From: a virus
Lineage: Duplodnaviria > Caudoviricetes
Reading direction: 5' to 3' (one strand)
Virus record (IMG/VR): IMGVR_UViG_3300014208_000023
Span: 1-64,000 of that record
Length of the DNA: 64,000 nucleotides
Each line of letters begins with the position of its first letter. The first letter of the stretch is position 1. Below are positions 9,943 to 19,279 of this stretch, one piece after another. The notes beneath the pieces were generated by a model. It made no database searches. It worked only from the letters and a program-made list of their open reading frames with translations, and was not told where the DNA came from. The position numbers were made by a program, and so were the translations under genes.

Positions 9943-10111
9943 TAGTTAGACTTCAGGCCAGAGGTTTTAGTTTGAGTGATAACCATACCAACTTCTTTTG
10001 CCCAAAGATTTTGATAATGTTCAAACATAGATTTGTTATGAAACGAGGATTCGATAAGCTTTTTTAGCTTTGCTTTTCGCGTTGGCTTATTCTTCTTAAC
10101 GAATATAGTCA

Positions 10112-10522
10112 TCAGTAAAGCTCCAATCCAGAAGTGACGCCTTCAAACTTATCATAGGAATGAGGACCAATCGCACAACAAGTATTAGTTGCGACTCCAT
10201 TAAACTCTGTCTTACCGGAGTCAGTTACGAGATGGACCGTAAGACCAGCAGCTTTTGCTTTCTCAACTACCTCAAGTAGCTCCGCCTCATTTTTTACTTG
10301 GCAGGTAACTTTCTTGTAGGAATTGCCAATCCAATTCACTTCATCTCTAGTTAGCATTACTTCGTGAAGTAGGTGGTTATCATCGGCACCACCTTTACCT
10401 TCATAAGCAGGCTGAAGTTTTCTGGTTAGAAAAGCTAGGACGGAATGACCACCTTGAGCAATCTCTTTGCCACGTCTCATCTTTAGATCGCGACGCATAA
10501 CAATAACTTGTTTTGTGCTCAT
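10112..10522 (-). CDS. pth2: peptidyl-tRNA hydrolase type 2 (Pth2)
   Basis: KQVIVMRRDLKMRRGKEIAQGGH, DSGKTEF and TCCAIGP match Pth2 family motifs. Confidence 0.92.
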   Translation of the reverse strand: MSTKQVIVMRRDLKMRRGKEIAQGGHSVLAFLTRKLQPAYEGKGGADDNHLLHEVMLTRDEVNWIGNSYKKVTCQVKNEAELLEVVEKAKAAGLTVHLVTDSGKTEFNGVATNTCCAIGPHSYDKFEGVTSGLELY

Positions 10523-10524
10523 AG

Positions 10525-10716
10525 TTAATCCTTTGGTGGCTTTAGAATTTCTAAGTCACCAACACTAATTGCGATACTTGGCACTCCTAGAATAGCTGCC
10601 TTAATAGAATTGAAGGCTAGACGAAGAAGATCATACCTTGACATAGTAAAAGCAATTCTGCCAGGGCGAGCATCATCTGCATTAAAAATGGCGGCCTTCA
10701 TTTCTAAAACCTTCAC
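10525..10716 (-). CDS. hypothetical protein
   Basis: ORF in run. Confidence 0.55.
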   Translation of the reverse strand: MKVLEMKAAIFNADDARPGRIAFTMSRYDLLRLAFNSIKAAILGVPSIAISVGDLEILKPPKD

Positions 10717-10982
10717 TTCTTTAGCTCGGTAGAAAAGATACTCTTATACTCTTGACGCTTACTGCACCTAGAGCAAGTCCTATGTTTTCTAACCGCACTA
10801 CCAGACCATTCTACTTTTGGTAGAGGCCACATATGACTAGTAGCTTCACAATAGAAGCCAAGGATATGCGACCTATAAAACTCAACCAATCGTTTGATAA
10901 CTAGCGCTGGAGTTAGTCGCCTTGTCCAAAAGAAGATGAACAACTTTGTCTTTAGTAGAAGGAATTTATTCTTTAGGCTCAT
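10713..10982 (-). CDS. hypothetical protein
   Basis: ORF in run; C-terminal HRTCSRC. Confidence 0.55.
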   Translation of the reverse strand: MSLKNKFLLLKTKLFIFFWTRRLTPALVIKRLVEFYRSHILGFYCEATSHMWPLPKVEWSGSAVRKHRTCSRCSKRQEYKSIFSTELKK

Positions 10983-11229
10983 CGGATGCTTTCAGTAGTT
11001 TGATGAAATGATCATAAACAGGAATCCTCATTGCTGGGTGAGGGGCTCCCGTTCCATTGGTCCAACGAGTTATTGATGGTCTACTAATTCCAAATCTACG
11101 GGCGAGATTATGATCTGACAAAGATAACGCCTCCATACACTGGACTACCATCTGTTGGAATAGCAGATTATTTTCTTTGTCAATCTTGGCCTGTTCAAGC
11201 TCGGCAATTAACTCAATATTAGTTTTCAT
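10966..11229 (-). CDS. XRE-type helix-turn-helix protein
   Basis: LSDHNLARRFGISRPSITRWTNG. Confidence 0.8.
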   Translation of the reverse strand: MKTNIELIAELEQAKIDKENNLLFQQMVVQCMEALSLSDHNLARRFGISRPSITRWTNGTGAPHPAMRIPVYDHFIKLLKASDEPKE

Positions 11230-11232
11230 AAC

Positions 11233-11421
11233 TTATACTTCTAATGAACACTTGCTGTAACATTTATTGCAGCAATTACATTTTGTAGATGGTAAATCAA
11301 ATGGAGGTATCACGTCATTCAGTGGGCAAACCCTATCTTTAGAGGAGCCGCTTGCGCCACACTTGCAAACGTTTTCTGGGTCTAGAACTTTTGGTCCTTT
11401 TTTATTCATAACGAATATCAA
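11233..11421 (-). CDS. small Cys-rich protein
   Basis: 7 Cys in 62 aa. Confidence 0.55.
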   Translation of the reverse strand: MIFVMNKKGPKVLDPENVCKCGASGSSKDRVCPLNDVIPPFDLPSTKCNCCNKCYSKCSLEV

Positions 11422-11694
11422 TTCTCAAGCAAGTCTTCAATTACCTGAAGATAGAGTAGCCAGGCTTCTCGTTTGTTTGTTACGTTGGCAGAGCACCTAC
11501 GTGCTAAGTGCAGAGCATAGTCAAGAACGTTTAGCTCTCGATAGTTATACATCAAGTGTCCCGTAGCTGGTTTGCTTTTTCAATCACAACGGCTCTAGTT
11601 CGAGCTACTTCGACGCGGTTGTCATACTCATTATTTTTAGAGCACGCCGCGCCGTAGTTATCCAGAGCTTCCTCAAATTCTTTCATTGCATCTT

Positions 11695-13191
11695 TCACTT
11701 AAACCTCATACAGCGACCACCTGACAATGCGCTCTTTACTTCTGGGCGTTGAAGTCGAAGAATAGTTTCGCCAGGCATTTGTGTTGCGTTTAGATCGGAC
11801 CTAGAGCTTCCATAGCCGATACCTCGGAACATCAGTCCGAAGAGACCTGTTTTAGAATCTAGCACGGCTTCGTTAAGGTTGCCAGCAAGATCCATCCAGC
11901 CGCCAACATTGTCTGCCGTTACTCGGCCAGGAGCAGCGATAGTCCATGTCTTATCGCTCGTGCTATTACCTAGATCGGGATAATGGTAAACGTGGTTGTT
12001 GAGAAAGCTGCCAGGAACCGGAAGGTTATCTCCAGCATCGAACGTTGCGTTGATTGTATTCACCGCAGGACACTTGCCGCCAGACTGAACCGTATTGGTT
12101 AGAATGTTGCCAAGTAGTTCTCCGTGGTTATCATATTGAATACCACAACCAGAAATGTCCTGGCTTCTAGCCGGGGATTCCGTTACTGCATTCATTACTT
12201 CAGCGGTAGCAAGCTGGCCTCCATCCCATACGCAGAATGCGGCAAGCATAGCGTTAGTAATGCAGTTCATCGACTTGGTGTCGAGATACTCTTGGGCCGG
12301 AATAGTTTCGCTGTTATACCCAATAGCATTCTCGCGAGGAACTTCATTGTTCTTTGTTAGAACGCTTGGCGGATAGTAGTAGGTCGGAAATCCAAATGAT
12401 CCAGCAAACACTCCGCAGTTATTACCGTGAAGGTCAGTATAAACCTGGGCTCCGAACTGATGATTCATTCCTAGGTTAGCTGCCTGATCGGTAGGAGGTG
12501 GAAGAATTACTCCGGGCCCAGCCTGCTCTTGGGTCTGACCATCATGTCGAGGATCACCAAGAAGCAATCGATTGATTGTAATCTGTCCGCCTTCAACATC
12601 AGAAGGAAGGAATGTGCTCCAGCTATTGTTCCAATAGGCTGGCTGATTAGAAACAAGCCAGCCCTTTACGTCCGGCTTACCACCCATCTGATTTGTGATG
12701 GCAGTAACGAATGCTCTAATGCGGCCAGCAGTAATCTCATACTTATCGAGATAGACTTGCTTACCAGGATGAGCGGCATCTGTAAAGCCAGCAACCGGAA
12801 GTGACTGGCAACAACTCTCGTGGGTTACGCCAGCAGAACCAACTTCACCAGAGCCACAAGTATCGCCACCGAAATGAACCTTACAACTAGGAGCCATAAC
12901 GCAAACGTGATCGTAATTACAACTTACGGTGCAGTCACTATCAACTAGGCAATTTCTGCCGCCGCCACATTTGGGAGCGTTGGGTCCGCCGCAACCAACA
13001 TCGGTCTCTCCACTATCGGGGACTGGCGGAGTAGATCCATCAACACCATTACTCGCATCAATCCCAGCATCAACAAAGGAAGGTGGTGACGGATCTGTTG
13101 TTGATGGGGTTTGATTACTCGCAGAATTAGTGATATCATGCTGCATACATCCCACAAGAACAAGGAGGGCGACACCAAACTTTGTCTTCAT
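11695..13191 (-). CDS. lipoprotein with FGE-sulfatase (SUMF1-like) domain
   Basis: LVGC lipobox, DAG linker, Cys-rich segment, YLDKYEITAGRIRAF and MDLAGNLNE motifs. Confidence 0.75.
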   Translation of the reverse strand: MKTKFGVALLVLVGCMQHDITNSASNQTPSTTDPSPPSFVDAGIDASNGVDGSTPPVPDSGETDVGCGGPNAPKCGGGRNCLVDSDCTVSCNYDHVCVMAPSCKVHFGGDTCGSGEVGSAGVTHESCCQSLPVAGFTDAAHPGKQVYLDKYEITAGRIRAFVTAITNQMGGKPDVKGWLVSNQPAYWNNSWSTFLPSDVEGGQITINRLLLGDPRHDGQTQEQAGPGVILPPPTDQAANLGMNHQFGAQVYTDLHGNNCGVFAGSFGFPTYYYPPSVLTKNNEVPRENAIGYNSETIPAQEYLDTKSMNCITNAMLAAFCVWDGGQLATAEVMNAVTESPARSQDISGCGIQYDNHGELLGNILTNTVQSGGKCPAVNTINATFDAGDNLPVPGSFLNNHVYHYPDLGNSTSDKTWTIAAPGRVTADNVGGWMDLAGNLNEAVLDSKTGLFGLMFRGIGYGSSRSDLNATQMPGETILRLQRPEVKSALSGGRCMRFK

Positions 13192-13199
13192 TGTAGTAA

Positions 13200-13484
13200 T
13201 TACTCGGTGTGAGTTTCTTTTAGCTTCAAGGCTATTTTCATTACTCTATTCCATTCTTGGAGCAAAGCAACATCTTCTCTTAAGTCTTTTGAGCGCTGGT
13301 ATTTTGGGCGAAGCGTATTATGTTCTATTGCCCATAGAACATCGAAACACATAATAGAATTAGCTGATGTAAAACCATTACCGTTGTATGCCGCTTTCTT
13401 TAAGTCGAGCAGCTTACGATTAGCTTCATATTCTAATTTCATTTTTTCTTTTTTAAACGCAAATGCTTTCTGCACAAAATACAT
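13200..13484 (-). CDS. hypothetical protein
   Basis: ORF in run. Confidence 0.55.
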   Translation of the reverse strand: MYFVQKAFAFKKEKMKLEYEANRKLLDLKKAAYNGNGFTSANSIMCFDVLWAIEHNTLRPKYQRSKDLREDVALLQEWNRVMKIALKLKETHTE

Positions 13485-13624
13485 GTTACGTTAGAAAGAA
13501 ATATCGTGGCTCTACACCAAGGCCCATTGGGGTGGGTTTTGTTGTAGGCCATCTTCTTTTTTTGTCCCCAACATAAAGGGTAATGATTGCCAGGGAAAAC
13601 TATATGAGTCTTTAGCTTGCTCAC
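13439..13624 (-). CDS. hypothetical protein
   Basis: ORF in run. Confidence 0.5.
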   Translation of the reverse strand: MSKLKTHIVFPGNHYPLCWGQKKKMAYNKTHPNGPWCRATIFLSNVTCILCRKHLRLKKKK

Positions 13625-13848
13625 TGTAGTCGGCGGCCGTCTAGCGTTGTAACCACCACTCGCGGATCAAGAGGCTTTCTATAATCCATAGTGATACATC
13701 GCTCTCCACCAGAGAAGCCATCGGCTGTTCCGAATAGCGCGGTGCCTTCAATTTTAGTAACCGTATATGTTACGTGGGCAGCCTTGGTGCCCATCTTTAC
13801 TTTATCACCCAGCTTCAGGCTGTGGCGCAACTGAATTACGTTCGACAT
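13621..13848 (-). CDS. hypothetical protein
   Basis: ORF in run. Confidence 0.55.
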   Translation of the reverse strand: MSNVIQLRHSLKLGDKVKMGTKAAHVTYTVTKIEGTALFGTADGFSGGERCITMDYRKPLDPRVVVTTLDGRRLQ

Positions 13849-14245
13849 TAATTTTCTCGATTAGTTTCTTGGGATCCCAAATTGGTTTCATTACGTGAGA
13901 ATCAGCACCAGGAACTTCCTTCTTTAGATTCTCTATTTGCCTTCCGCTGAGCAGCACTACATTTTTAGGCTTGCGATCACCGAGAGCATTTAAAAGATCG
14001 GTAGCGGTCTCATTGCCGATATGATAATCGGTAACTAGGGAATGAATATTGTCGTGAGTATTGGCTAGCTCTACCGCTTCTTTAACTGAAGAGGCTGATA
14101 GTATTGAGTATCCCTTACTAGATAACATCATCTCTATCATCTGCAAAGTATCTTCATCATCCTCAACGCAAAGAACTACTGGCTTATGTCCCGCTATTTT
14201 AATAGACATTGCCAGAAACTCGCTAGCCAGGACTTCTAATCTCAT
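13805..14245 (-). CDS. stand-alone response-regulator receiver domain (CheY-like)
   Basis: VLCVEDDE acidic pocket, phospho-Asp in VTDYHIG, LLSG, MKP; start may be 14209. Confidence 0.9.
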   Translation of the reverse strand: MRLEVLASEFLAMSIKIAGHKPVVLCVEDDEDTLQMIEMMLSSKGYSILSASSVKEAVELANTHDNIHSLVTDYHIGNETATDLLNALGDRKPKNVVLLSGRQIENLKKEVPGADSHVMKPIWDPKKLIEKINVERNSVAPQPEAG

Positions 14246-14406
14246 AGCTATATGAGATATTATGCGCCGTCAGTGTCAGCCCTATCGTCAGTCTCATCTT
14301 CCAACTCCTCGATAAGCTTGGACAAATCGCCCTCGGCTTCTTCTGGGTCTTCCCCAATTAATTCAAGGACCGAGCGCAGTTTATTCAGAAGTGTTTCGTT
14401 ATCCAT

Positions 14407-14604
14407 TTATTCCTTTGGGCCACAGATTTCAGAACCATTACTGGCAAACTCAACGATAGCGTTAAGCTGCTCTTTGGAGGAGGGCGACATGAACCCTGCC
14501 TGCCTGCTTTTAGACAGTATGGTTCTAGCTATAAGCTTGTCAAAAGCTTCTACGACTTTTCGCTGCTCTGGGGTGTGGTCATTACAATCTACTTTATCAC
14601 ACAT
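14407..14604 (-). CDS. hypothetical protein
   Basis: ORF in run. Confidence 0.55.
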   Translation of the reverse strand: MCDKVDCNDHTPEQRKVVEAFDKLIARTILSKSRQAGFMSPSSKEQLNAIVEFASNGSEICGPKE

Positions 14605-14616
14605 AGCGCTTTCCTT

Positions 14617-14847
14617 TCAGTCTTCACTGAGCTTGTTTAGCTGGCCCATATGAATGACAAAAATGGTTCCATCATCCTGCTTAACTCCAACTTCAGGAGT
14701 TGAGAGGGCGTTATGATGACCTGGAAGATCCGGCACTCCGTTATCCTTCATTGGAATGGCGGTCTTTTTAATAAGATATCCTTCCTTGCCGGAATGATTC
14801 TCGTGACTAGACTTAACCTGAACTCGATTGCCAACGCGAAGACGCAT
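14617..14847 (-). CDS. KOW/SH3-like small protein
   Basis: LRVGNRVQV..GKEGYL pattern. Confidence 0.55.
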   Translation of the reverse strand: MRLRVGNRVQVKSSHENHSGKEGYLIKKTAIPMKDNGVPDLPGHHNALSTPEVGVKQDDGTIFVIHMGQLNKLSED

Positions 14848-14901
14848 TATGTTTATTCCTTATGACAGTTGTTTAGCAATCAAAACCGAAATGTATTATC
14901 G

Positions 14902-15150
14902 TTAATGAGGTGGTGGATTTTTTTCGCTGTGTTTGGCAGCGCATTTCTTGCCACACACAATTGATGTGTTATCAGAGAAGGTGCGGCCCCAAGTGCCCGA
15001 GAAGCTTCCGTTATTACTGATGACGCCACCCTTGCGGCGAAACTCCACTAGAAGCTCGTCGTCTTTCTTTTTTCCGCAAACATCACATACCAGCTTCACT
15101 TTAATAAAAACAGACATTTTATTTTTCTTTCTTTGGAAGCCAACCCTCAA
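14902..15150 (-). CDS. putative zinc-ribbon protein
   Basis: CDVCG...CGKKC. Confidence 0.55.
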   Translation of the reverse strand: MRVGFQRKKNKMSVFIKVKLVCDVCGKKKDDELLVEFRRKGGVISNNGSFSGTWGRTFSDNTSIVCGKKCAAKHSEKNPPPH

Positions 15151-15586
15151 TTAGCCTATCCAGCTTTAGGTCTCCGGCCATCTCTGGTGAGTTTGCTACG
15201 ATTGCGCCAAGCATAATATCAACGGCGGCAGTATTCATTTCTGCCTTGATGGCAGAGATTGTTTTCACAGAATGCCCCTGCAATGCAAGAGTATCAACTA
15301 GGCCATCAACAAAGCCGGCCTTAATTTGACTGCGGGCCTCACGATACTTTTCTTCAATGAGATCGGAAACGATCTTATCTGCAAGAAGCAGGAAATATTC
15401 TGCTTGAGAAATTTCTTTCCCTTCGTGGATAGTTCGACACCCTTCGCCATCACCAAGAGTTTCTTTGGTATTTGTAGATTCAATTCCTTGATGGAATTTG
15501 AAAATGCATCTATCGGTTCCTGCGTCGCCGGCTCCAGTCCAATAAAGATTGAGAAGGTGAGCCGCTAGACGTTCTTTTGAAATCAT
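15119..15586 (-). CDS. hypothetical protein
   Basis: ORF in run. Confidence 0.65.
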   Translation of the reverse strand: MISKERLAAHLLNLYWTGAGDAGTDRCIFKFHQGIESTNTKETLGDGEGCRTIHEGKEISQAEYFLLLADKIVSDLIEEKYREARSQIKAGFVDGLVDTLALQGHSVKTISAIKAEMNTAAVDIMLGAIVANSPEMAGDLKLDRLIEGWLPKKEK

Positions 15587-16239
15587 TTCTTTTTACTTTC
15601 ATAAACAGCTTTTTTGCCAGCCCTAACAACTCTATCAAGTTCTTCTCTAAAATCGCCATTGCGCTTTATTTTACTTGGATCATCAAGCTCAACAAGCTTG
15701 GCAATAAGCAACGATACTTTGGTAGGATAAAAATTATCCTTTTTGTCCGAATTAATTGCCTTGAGCAATTCTTCTGCCGCTAATCGCAGCGCATCTTTTT
15801 CCAGTAGATAGCAGCAGGCCATACAAACCCTACCAAATTGGGCAGTATAGATATTAAATCCGCCACAATGGTTACAGCGATTATGTTCATCAATTGCTTC
15901 GCACTTTTCAAGTGGGGCCTTATCTAGAAAGTAATCGCATGACCAACACCAACTACTTGAAAGTGGAGCTTGAACAATGCGGCCTCTTTTCAGAAGAGTA
16001 TTTGCTTCTTCAATAGTTTTCGGGCAAACGGTTTTATTGTTTGCATCAATAAAGTGTCTGGTCTTTCCAGAGAACCCATCGTCTATCTTGATAGGTTTCT
16101 GACCTTCAACGCTCCATACAATTTGTCCTGGGTAATACATCGCTATTTTCCTTTGCGCTTTCCATGTTCCCAGAGAACAACATCCTTTAGTCGGAAGGAT
16201 TGAGATAGACAATTTCCAGTATTGACATCTTGAACCCAA
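15583..16239 (-). CDS. Cys-rich hypothetical protein (true start probably MYYPGQ, ~16140)
   Basis: CxxC motifs; 5' part overlaps upstream gene. Confidence 0.6.
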   Translation of the reverse strand: MGSRCQYWKLSISILPTKGCCSLGTWKAQRKIAMYYPGQIVWSVEGQKPIKIDDGFSGKTRHFIDANNKTVCPKTIEEANTLLKRGRIVQAPLSSSWCWSCDYFLDKAPLEKCEAIDEHNRCNHCGGFNIYTAQFGRVCMACCYLLEKDALRLAAEELLKAINSDKKDNFYPTKVSLLIAKLVELDDPSKIKRNGDFREELDRVVRAGKKAVYESKKK

Positions 16240-16385
16240 CCATCATCGGTAACGCCAATGACGGAGCAAGTATGCTTAATACCATTGTTGTCTGCTCTCC
16301 AACCATACACCACATAGTCGCCCTTCTTGAATGTCTTCTTAAGATATTCAACTTCGGGAAAAGGATCTGATACTAGTTCGTGCAT
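16143..16385 (-). CDS. hypothetical protein
   Basis: ORF with AGAGGA RBS. Confidence 0.65.
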   Translation of the reverse strand: MHELVSDPFPEVEYLKKTFKKGDYVVYGWRADNNGIKHTCSVIGVTDDGWVQDVNTGNCLSQSFRLKDVVLWEHGKRKGK

Positions 16386-16399
16386 TGTATTTCCTCTTT

Positions 16400-16740
16400 A
16401 AATAATAGGGAAGGTTTCAATATGCCCCAACAGCATATTTCTTGTAGCCGATAGTTATTACCATAGGGTTGGCAAGCTTATATGCTCCCTCTATCGGATT
16501 TCCCAATATCTCGGGCGGCCTTATAATGCCTACCGTTGATACCTGCAAGTCTCGCCATTCTCTGCTTAATGCTACGCCTTGGCTGAAGGGTAGCCCTTAT
16601 AGACAACAGAGTAATCTACCGTTTTACTTTCTCATTCGCAGATACTTCAAAACGGCACTTGGCATTGTCGATGACTTTGCCACGGAGATTTCTCTCCAGT
16701 ATCTACTACTCTTCTTTTCTTTGGGGAAAGAAGCAAAACT
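16400..16740 (-). ncRNA. candidate structured ncRNA/leader
   Basis: ~340-nt intergenic region with several 5-7 bp helices and a possible pseudoknot. Confidence 0.35.
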
Positions 16741-16742
16741 TA

Positions 16743-17675
16743 TTACTTGAAGAAGTCAATCAACTGATTGAATCTATTTTCAGTTTCACGCTGGCGACGA
16801 TTGTTTGAGAAGTCCTCATCTGCCTTTCGCTTTTCACGCGAAATCCTAAACTCATCATCAAGAATTTCTTTCAGACTAGAAGAGTCTAGCTCTGAAAGTT
16901 TCCTATAGAAGAAAAGGGCGGCTTCAGAAAGATAGAGGGGCTTACAGTTAAAATCAGTAGGTGTTTCCTTATCTACCTCAACAAGATGAATACCTTTAGA
17001 ATGGTGACCGAAATTAGCAGTGGCGCACCAAAGCAGTTCATCATCGCTAGCCTGCTCTGCTTTGCTTGGCAATCTCTTATCTCTGGCGGCGTTATAGTTG
17101 CGAGCCTTTACTGACCGAGCATCAGCCTCATGCCAACGTTCTCCGTGCTTGTCATAGAAAGCCTCCTTTGACATTCCAAGAATGAATTTTGAGTTACAGT
17201 TCTTACAGTTAGCGTGAATCTCTTCTTTCCATTCGCGGACAGAGTTTGAATCAACGCCATATGTTTCCGGGTCTTCAGTGGATTCGTATCGATCACAAAT
17301 CTTGAATTGTGATGGAAGCTCTTTGTTAGCCGCAACAAGCTCCTTAAGTCGCCAAGTAATTTCATTTTCAAAAGAATTAACTTTATCCTGATAATCAAAC
17401 TTCGTGTAAAGCTCACAAAGCTTTTTGGAAGGGGCAACGATATCAATTTCGAGATAGGTATAAATCTCTGCGCCAGGGTGCTTCTTGAAGACGCTACGAG
17501 CAGTTTCATGCATTACTCGTTCTGATTGAGCAAGAACTACGTGACCTCTTTCATTGTTAGTCCACCACTGCATAAGTAGCATCTTGCCACCAAGCGGATA
17601 ATGAACCGGAAATGTATTTGATGTATTCATTTGACTAACAATCGTTATGATGTTACTGGCATATTGTGCAGCCAT
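16743..17675 (-). CDS. hypothetical protein
   Basis: 310-aa ORF; no motif recognised. Confidence 0.7.
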   Translation of the reverse strand: MAAQYASNIITIVSQMNTSNTFPVHYPLGGKMLLMQWWTNNERGHVVLAQSERVMHETARSVFKKHPGAEIYTYLEIDIVAPSKKLCELYTKFDYQDKVNSFENEITWRLKELVAANKELPSQFKICDRYESTEDPETYGVDSNSVREWKEEIHANCKNCNSKFILGMSKEAFYDKHGERWHEADARSVKARNYNAARDKRLPSKAEQASDDELLWCATANFGHHSKGIHLVEVDKETPTDFNCKPLYLSEAALFFYRKLSELDSSSLKEILDDEFRISREKRKADEDFSNNRRQRETENRFNQLIDFFK

Positions 17676-18262
17676 TTAGTGGCTACCCACTTATGGCCCT
17701 TAATTACCGGAGTGCCGGCATGAAGCGTATCTCGCTCAGTAGATTTTTCATCTAGCTTCGTATTGAAGAATAGAAGTGCCGAGCCCTTTTTTGGCTTCAC
17801 TGAAAGCTTGAGAACTGGAAACTCCGTTGTGCCGCCTTCTTCTGGCTCGTTTAGATACATTAGGAATGTAGCAATACGCTGGCCTCCCACGATGCTTGGC
17901 GATACATAGTTATAGAAATCGTGATGAGGACGAAACTCCTGGCCAACCTCATATCGAATGACATGCATCATCTCTGCATGAGAAGCCGGAAAGAATGTAA
18001 GGCGAGCGATTCTTTCTTCGATCGCCTTAACAATCTTATCCTTACTGCCGGATAGGTTAGAAGCGAAACACGTTCTAGCATCACTAATATGCCTTGCGCT
18101 ATCGCCATAACCTACCGAGCACCTTGCAAGTCCTGGTGTCGCCTGCTCAATGAGGTGGTCGCACTCATTGACAGAAAGAAAATTACTGAACGAGAAAATC
18201 CTCGGAGACCAATTCAAAACTTTGGCTAGAGGTTCCGCTCGATAATCATTCCTTCTTGACAT
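17645..18262 (-). CDS. prolyl 4-hydroxylase (2OG-Fe(II) oxygenase)
   Basis: RYEVGQEFRPHHD (HxD), RIATFLMYLN, TLHAGTPVIKGHKWVATKW. Confidence 0.92.
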   Translation of the reverse strand: MSRRNDYRAEPLAKVLNWSPRIFSFSNFLSVNECDHLIEQATPGLARCSVGYGDSARHISDARTCFASNLSGSKDKIVKAIEERIARLTFFPASHAEMMHVIRYEVGQEFRPHHDFYNYVSPSIVGGQRIATFLMYLNEPEEGGTTEFPVLKLSVKPKKGSALLFFNTKLDEKSTERDTLHAGTPVIKGHKWVATKWLHNMPVTS

Positions 18263-18565
18263 TTACTTTCCTCGTTTTTTCAGAAATTCTTCTGCTGCAT
18301 CGGCAAGGATTCTATCTTCAATATTAAAGATGTCATCCATCTTTTTAGAATCGGAAATACTAGAATTGTATGGAATAACATTCTCAATGAGCTGACCCAA
18401 TCGAAGCTCAGGAACCTTCTCCCAAACTTTGAGAAGGCGATTCATAACGGCACGCTTCTCGCTGGAGGAGATTGCTCTGCCAATAGAGCGGAGACGATCT
18501 TCATTGGACTTACGAAGCCATTCTTTATGAGCGGCCTTATCTTCGGTAGCGGGAGACTTTGCCAT
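18263..18565 (-). CDS. hypothetical protein
   Basis: ORF in run; PELRLGQLI motif. Confidence 0.7.
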   Translation of the reverse strand: MAKSPATEDKAAHKEWLRKSNEDRLRSIGRAISSSEKRAVMNRLLKVWEKVPELRLGQLIENVIPYNSSISDSKKMDDIFNIEDRILADAAEEFLKKRGK

Positions 18566-18576
18566 GACAGTTAGAC

Positions 18577-18939
18577 TCAGGGTTTGTTTTCTAGAACTTC
18601 TACTTCAGTAACAACGTGGTCATTCCAACACCAAGTGAATCGGGCAACGTTGTAATGAAGCTTAACCAATTTGTTTTCATTGATGGCCTTGGTAAGCAGA
18701 TCCGAATTCTTCTTATCAGGAACCGTAAGCTGCATATCTTGCGTTGATACGGACCCAACGCCATCCTTCATAAAGCCCATGCTAACATCGAGATCAACAC
18801 GATCTTTGCATAGGAGCGGTGTTACATTATGAAGCCTCTTTGGCTGACCAACCAACTCATTATTGGCAGAAGAGTTTCCGCAAGCATCACAGCCAGTAAC
18901 AAGAAGCGGAAGAAGCAGAGCAATGATTCGCATTTTCAT
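18577..18939 (-). CDS. lipoprotein
   Basis: LVTGC lipobox. Confidence 0.75.
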   Translation of the reverse strand: MKMRIIALLLPLLVTGCDACGNSSANNELVGQPKRLHNVTPLLCKDRVDLDVSMGFMKDGVGSVSTQDMQLTVPDKKNSDLLTKAINENKLVKLHYNVARFTWCWNDHVVTEVEVLENKP

Positions 18940-18964
18940 ATTGAAATCCTTTATGATTTAAAAG

Positions 18965-19160
18965 TAAATGGTTGAGAATACCAGCCCCCGTGTCAGCATG
19001 CCGAGGCATTAACATTTCTGACATCCATTTTGTAAGTCGCATCTTACTGATGGTAAGCCAGAAAACTGCCGACACTTTGCTATCTAGGTCCCATGCGTAG
19101 GACCCAGGTAAAGCTACATTGCTAGTATCCTCATTGCTAAACAATTTTAATTGTTTAGGG
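18965..19160 (-). ncRNA. candidate structured RNA in tRNA-Thr 3' trailer
   Basis: nested 9-, 8- and 5-bp helices with minus-strand G-U pairs. Confidence 0.45.
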
Positions 19161-19189
19161 GTGAAGGCACAAGCTTTGTTTTAAAGTAG

Positions 19190-19260
19190 AGCCCATAGAA
19201 GGAGTCGAACCCTCAAGACCTAGGTACAAACTAGGGATTTTACCGTTAAATTACATGGGC
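19190..19260 (-). tRNA. trnT: tRNA-Thr(UGU)
   Basis: GCCCATG..TATGGGC, AC arm CCTAG TT-TGT-AC CTAGG, T loop TTCGACT. Confidence 0.9.
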
Positions 19261-19279
19261 CTGTGATATATGTTATGAT

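Noticed and set aside
18887-19144. Track ORFs 18887..19144, 26969..27223, 38097..38324 and 16469..16750
   Set aside because: They overlap strongly base-paired regions, lack an RBS or lie on the minority strand, and have no protein motifs.
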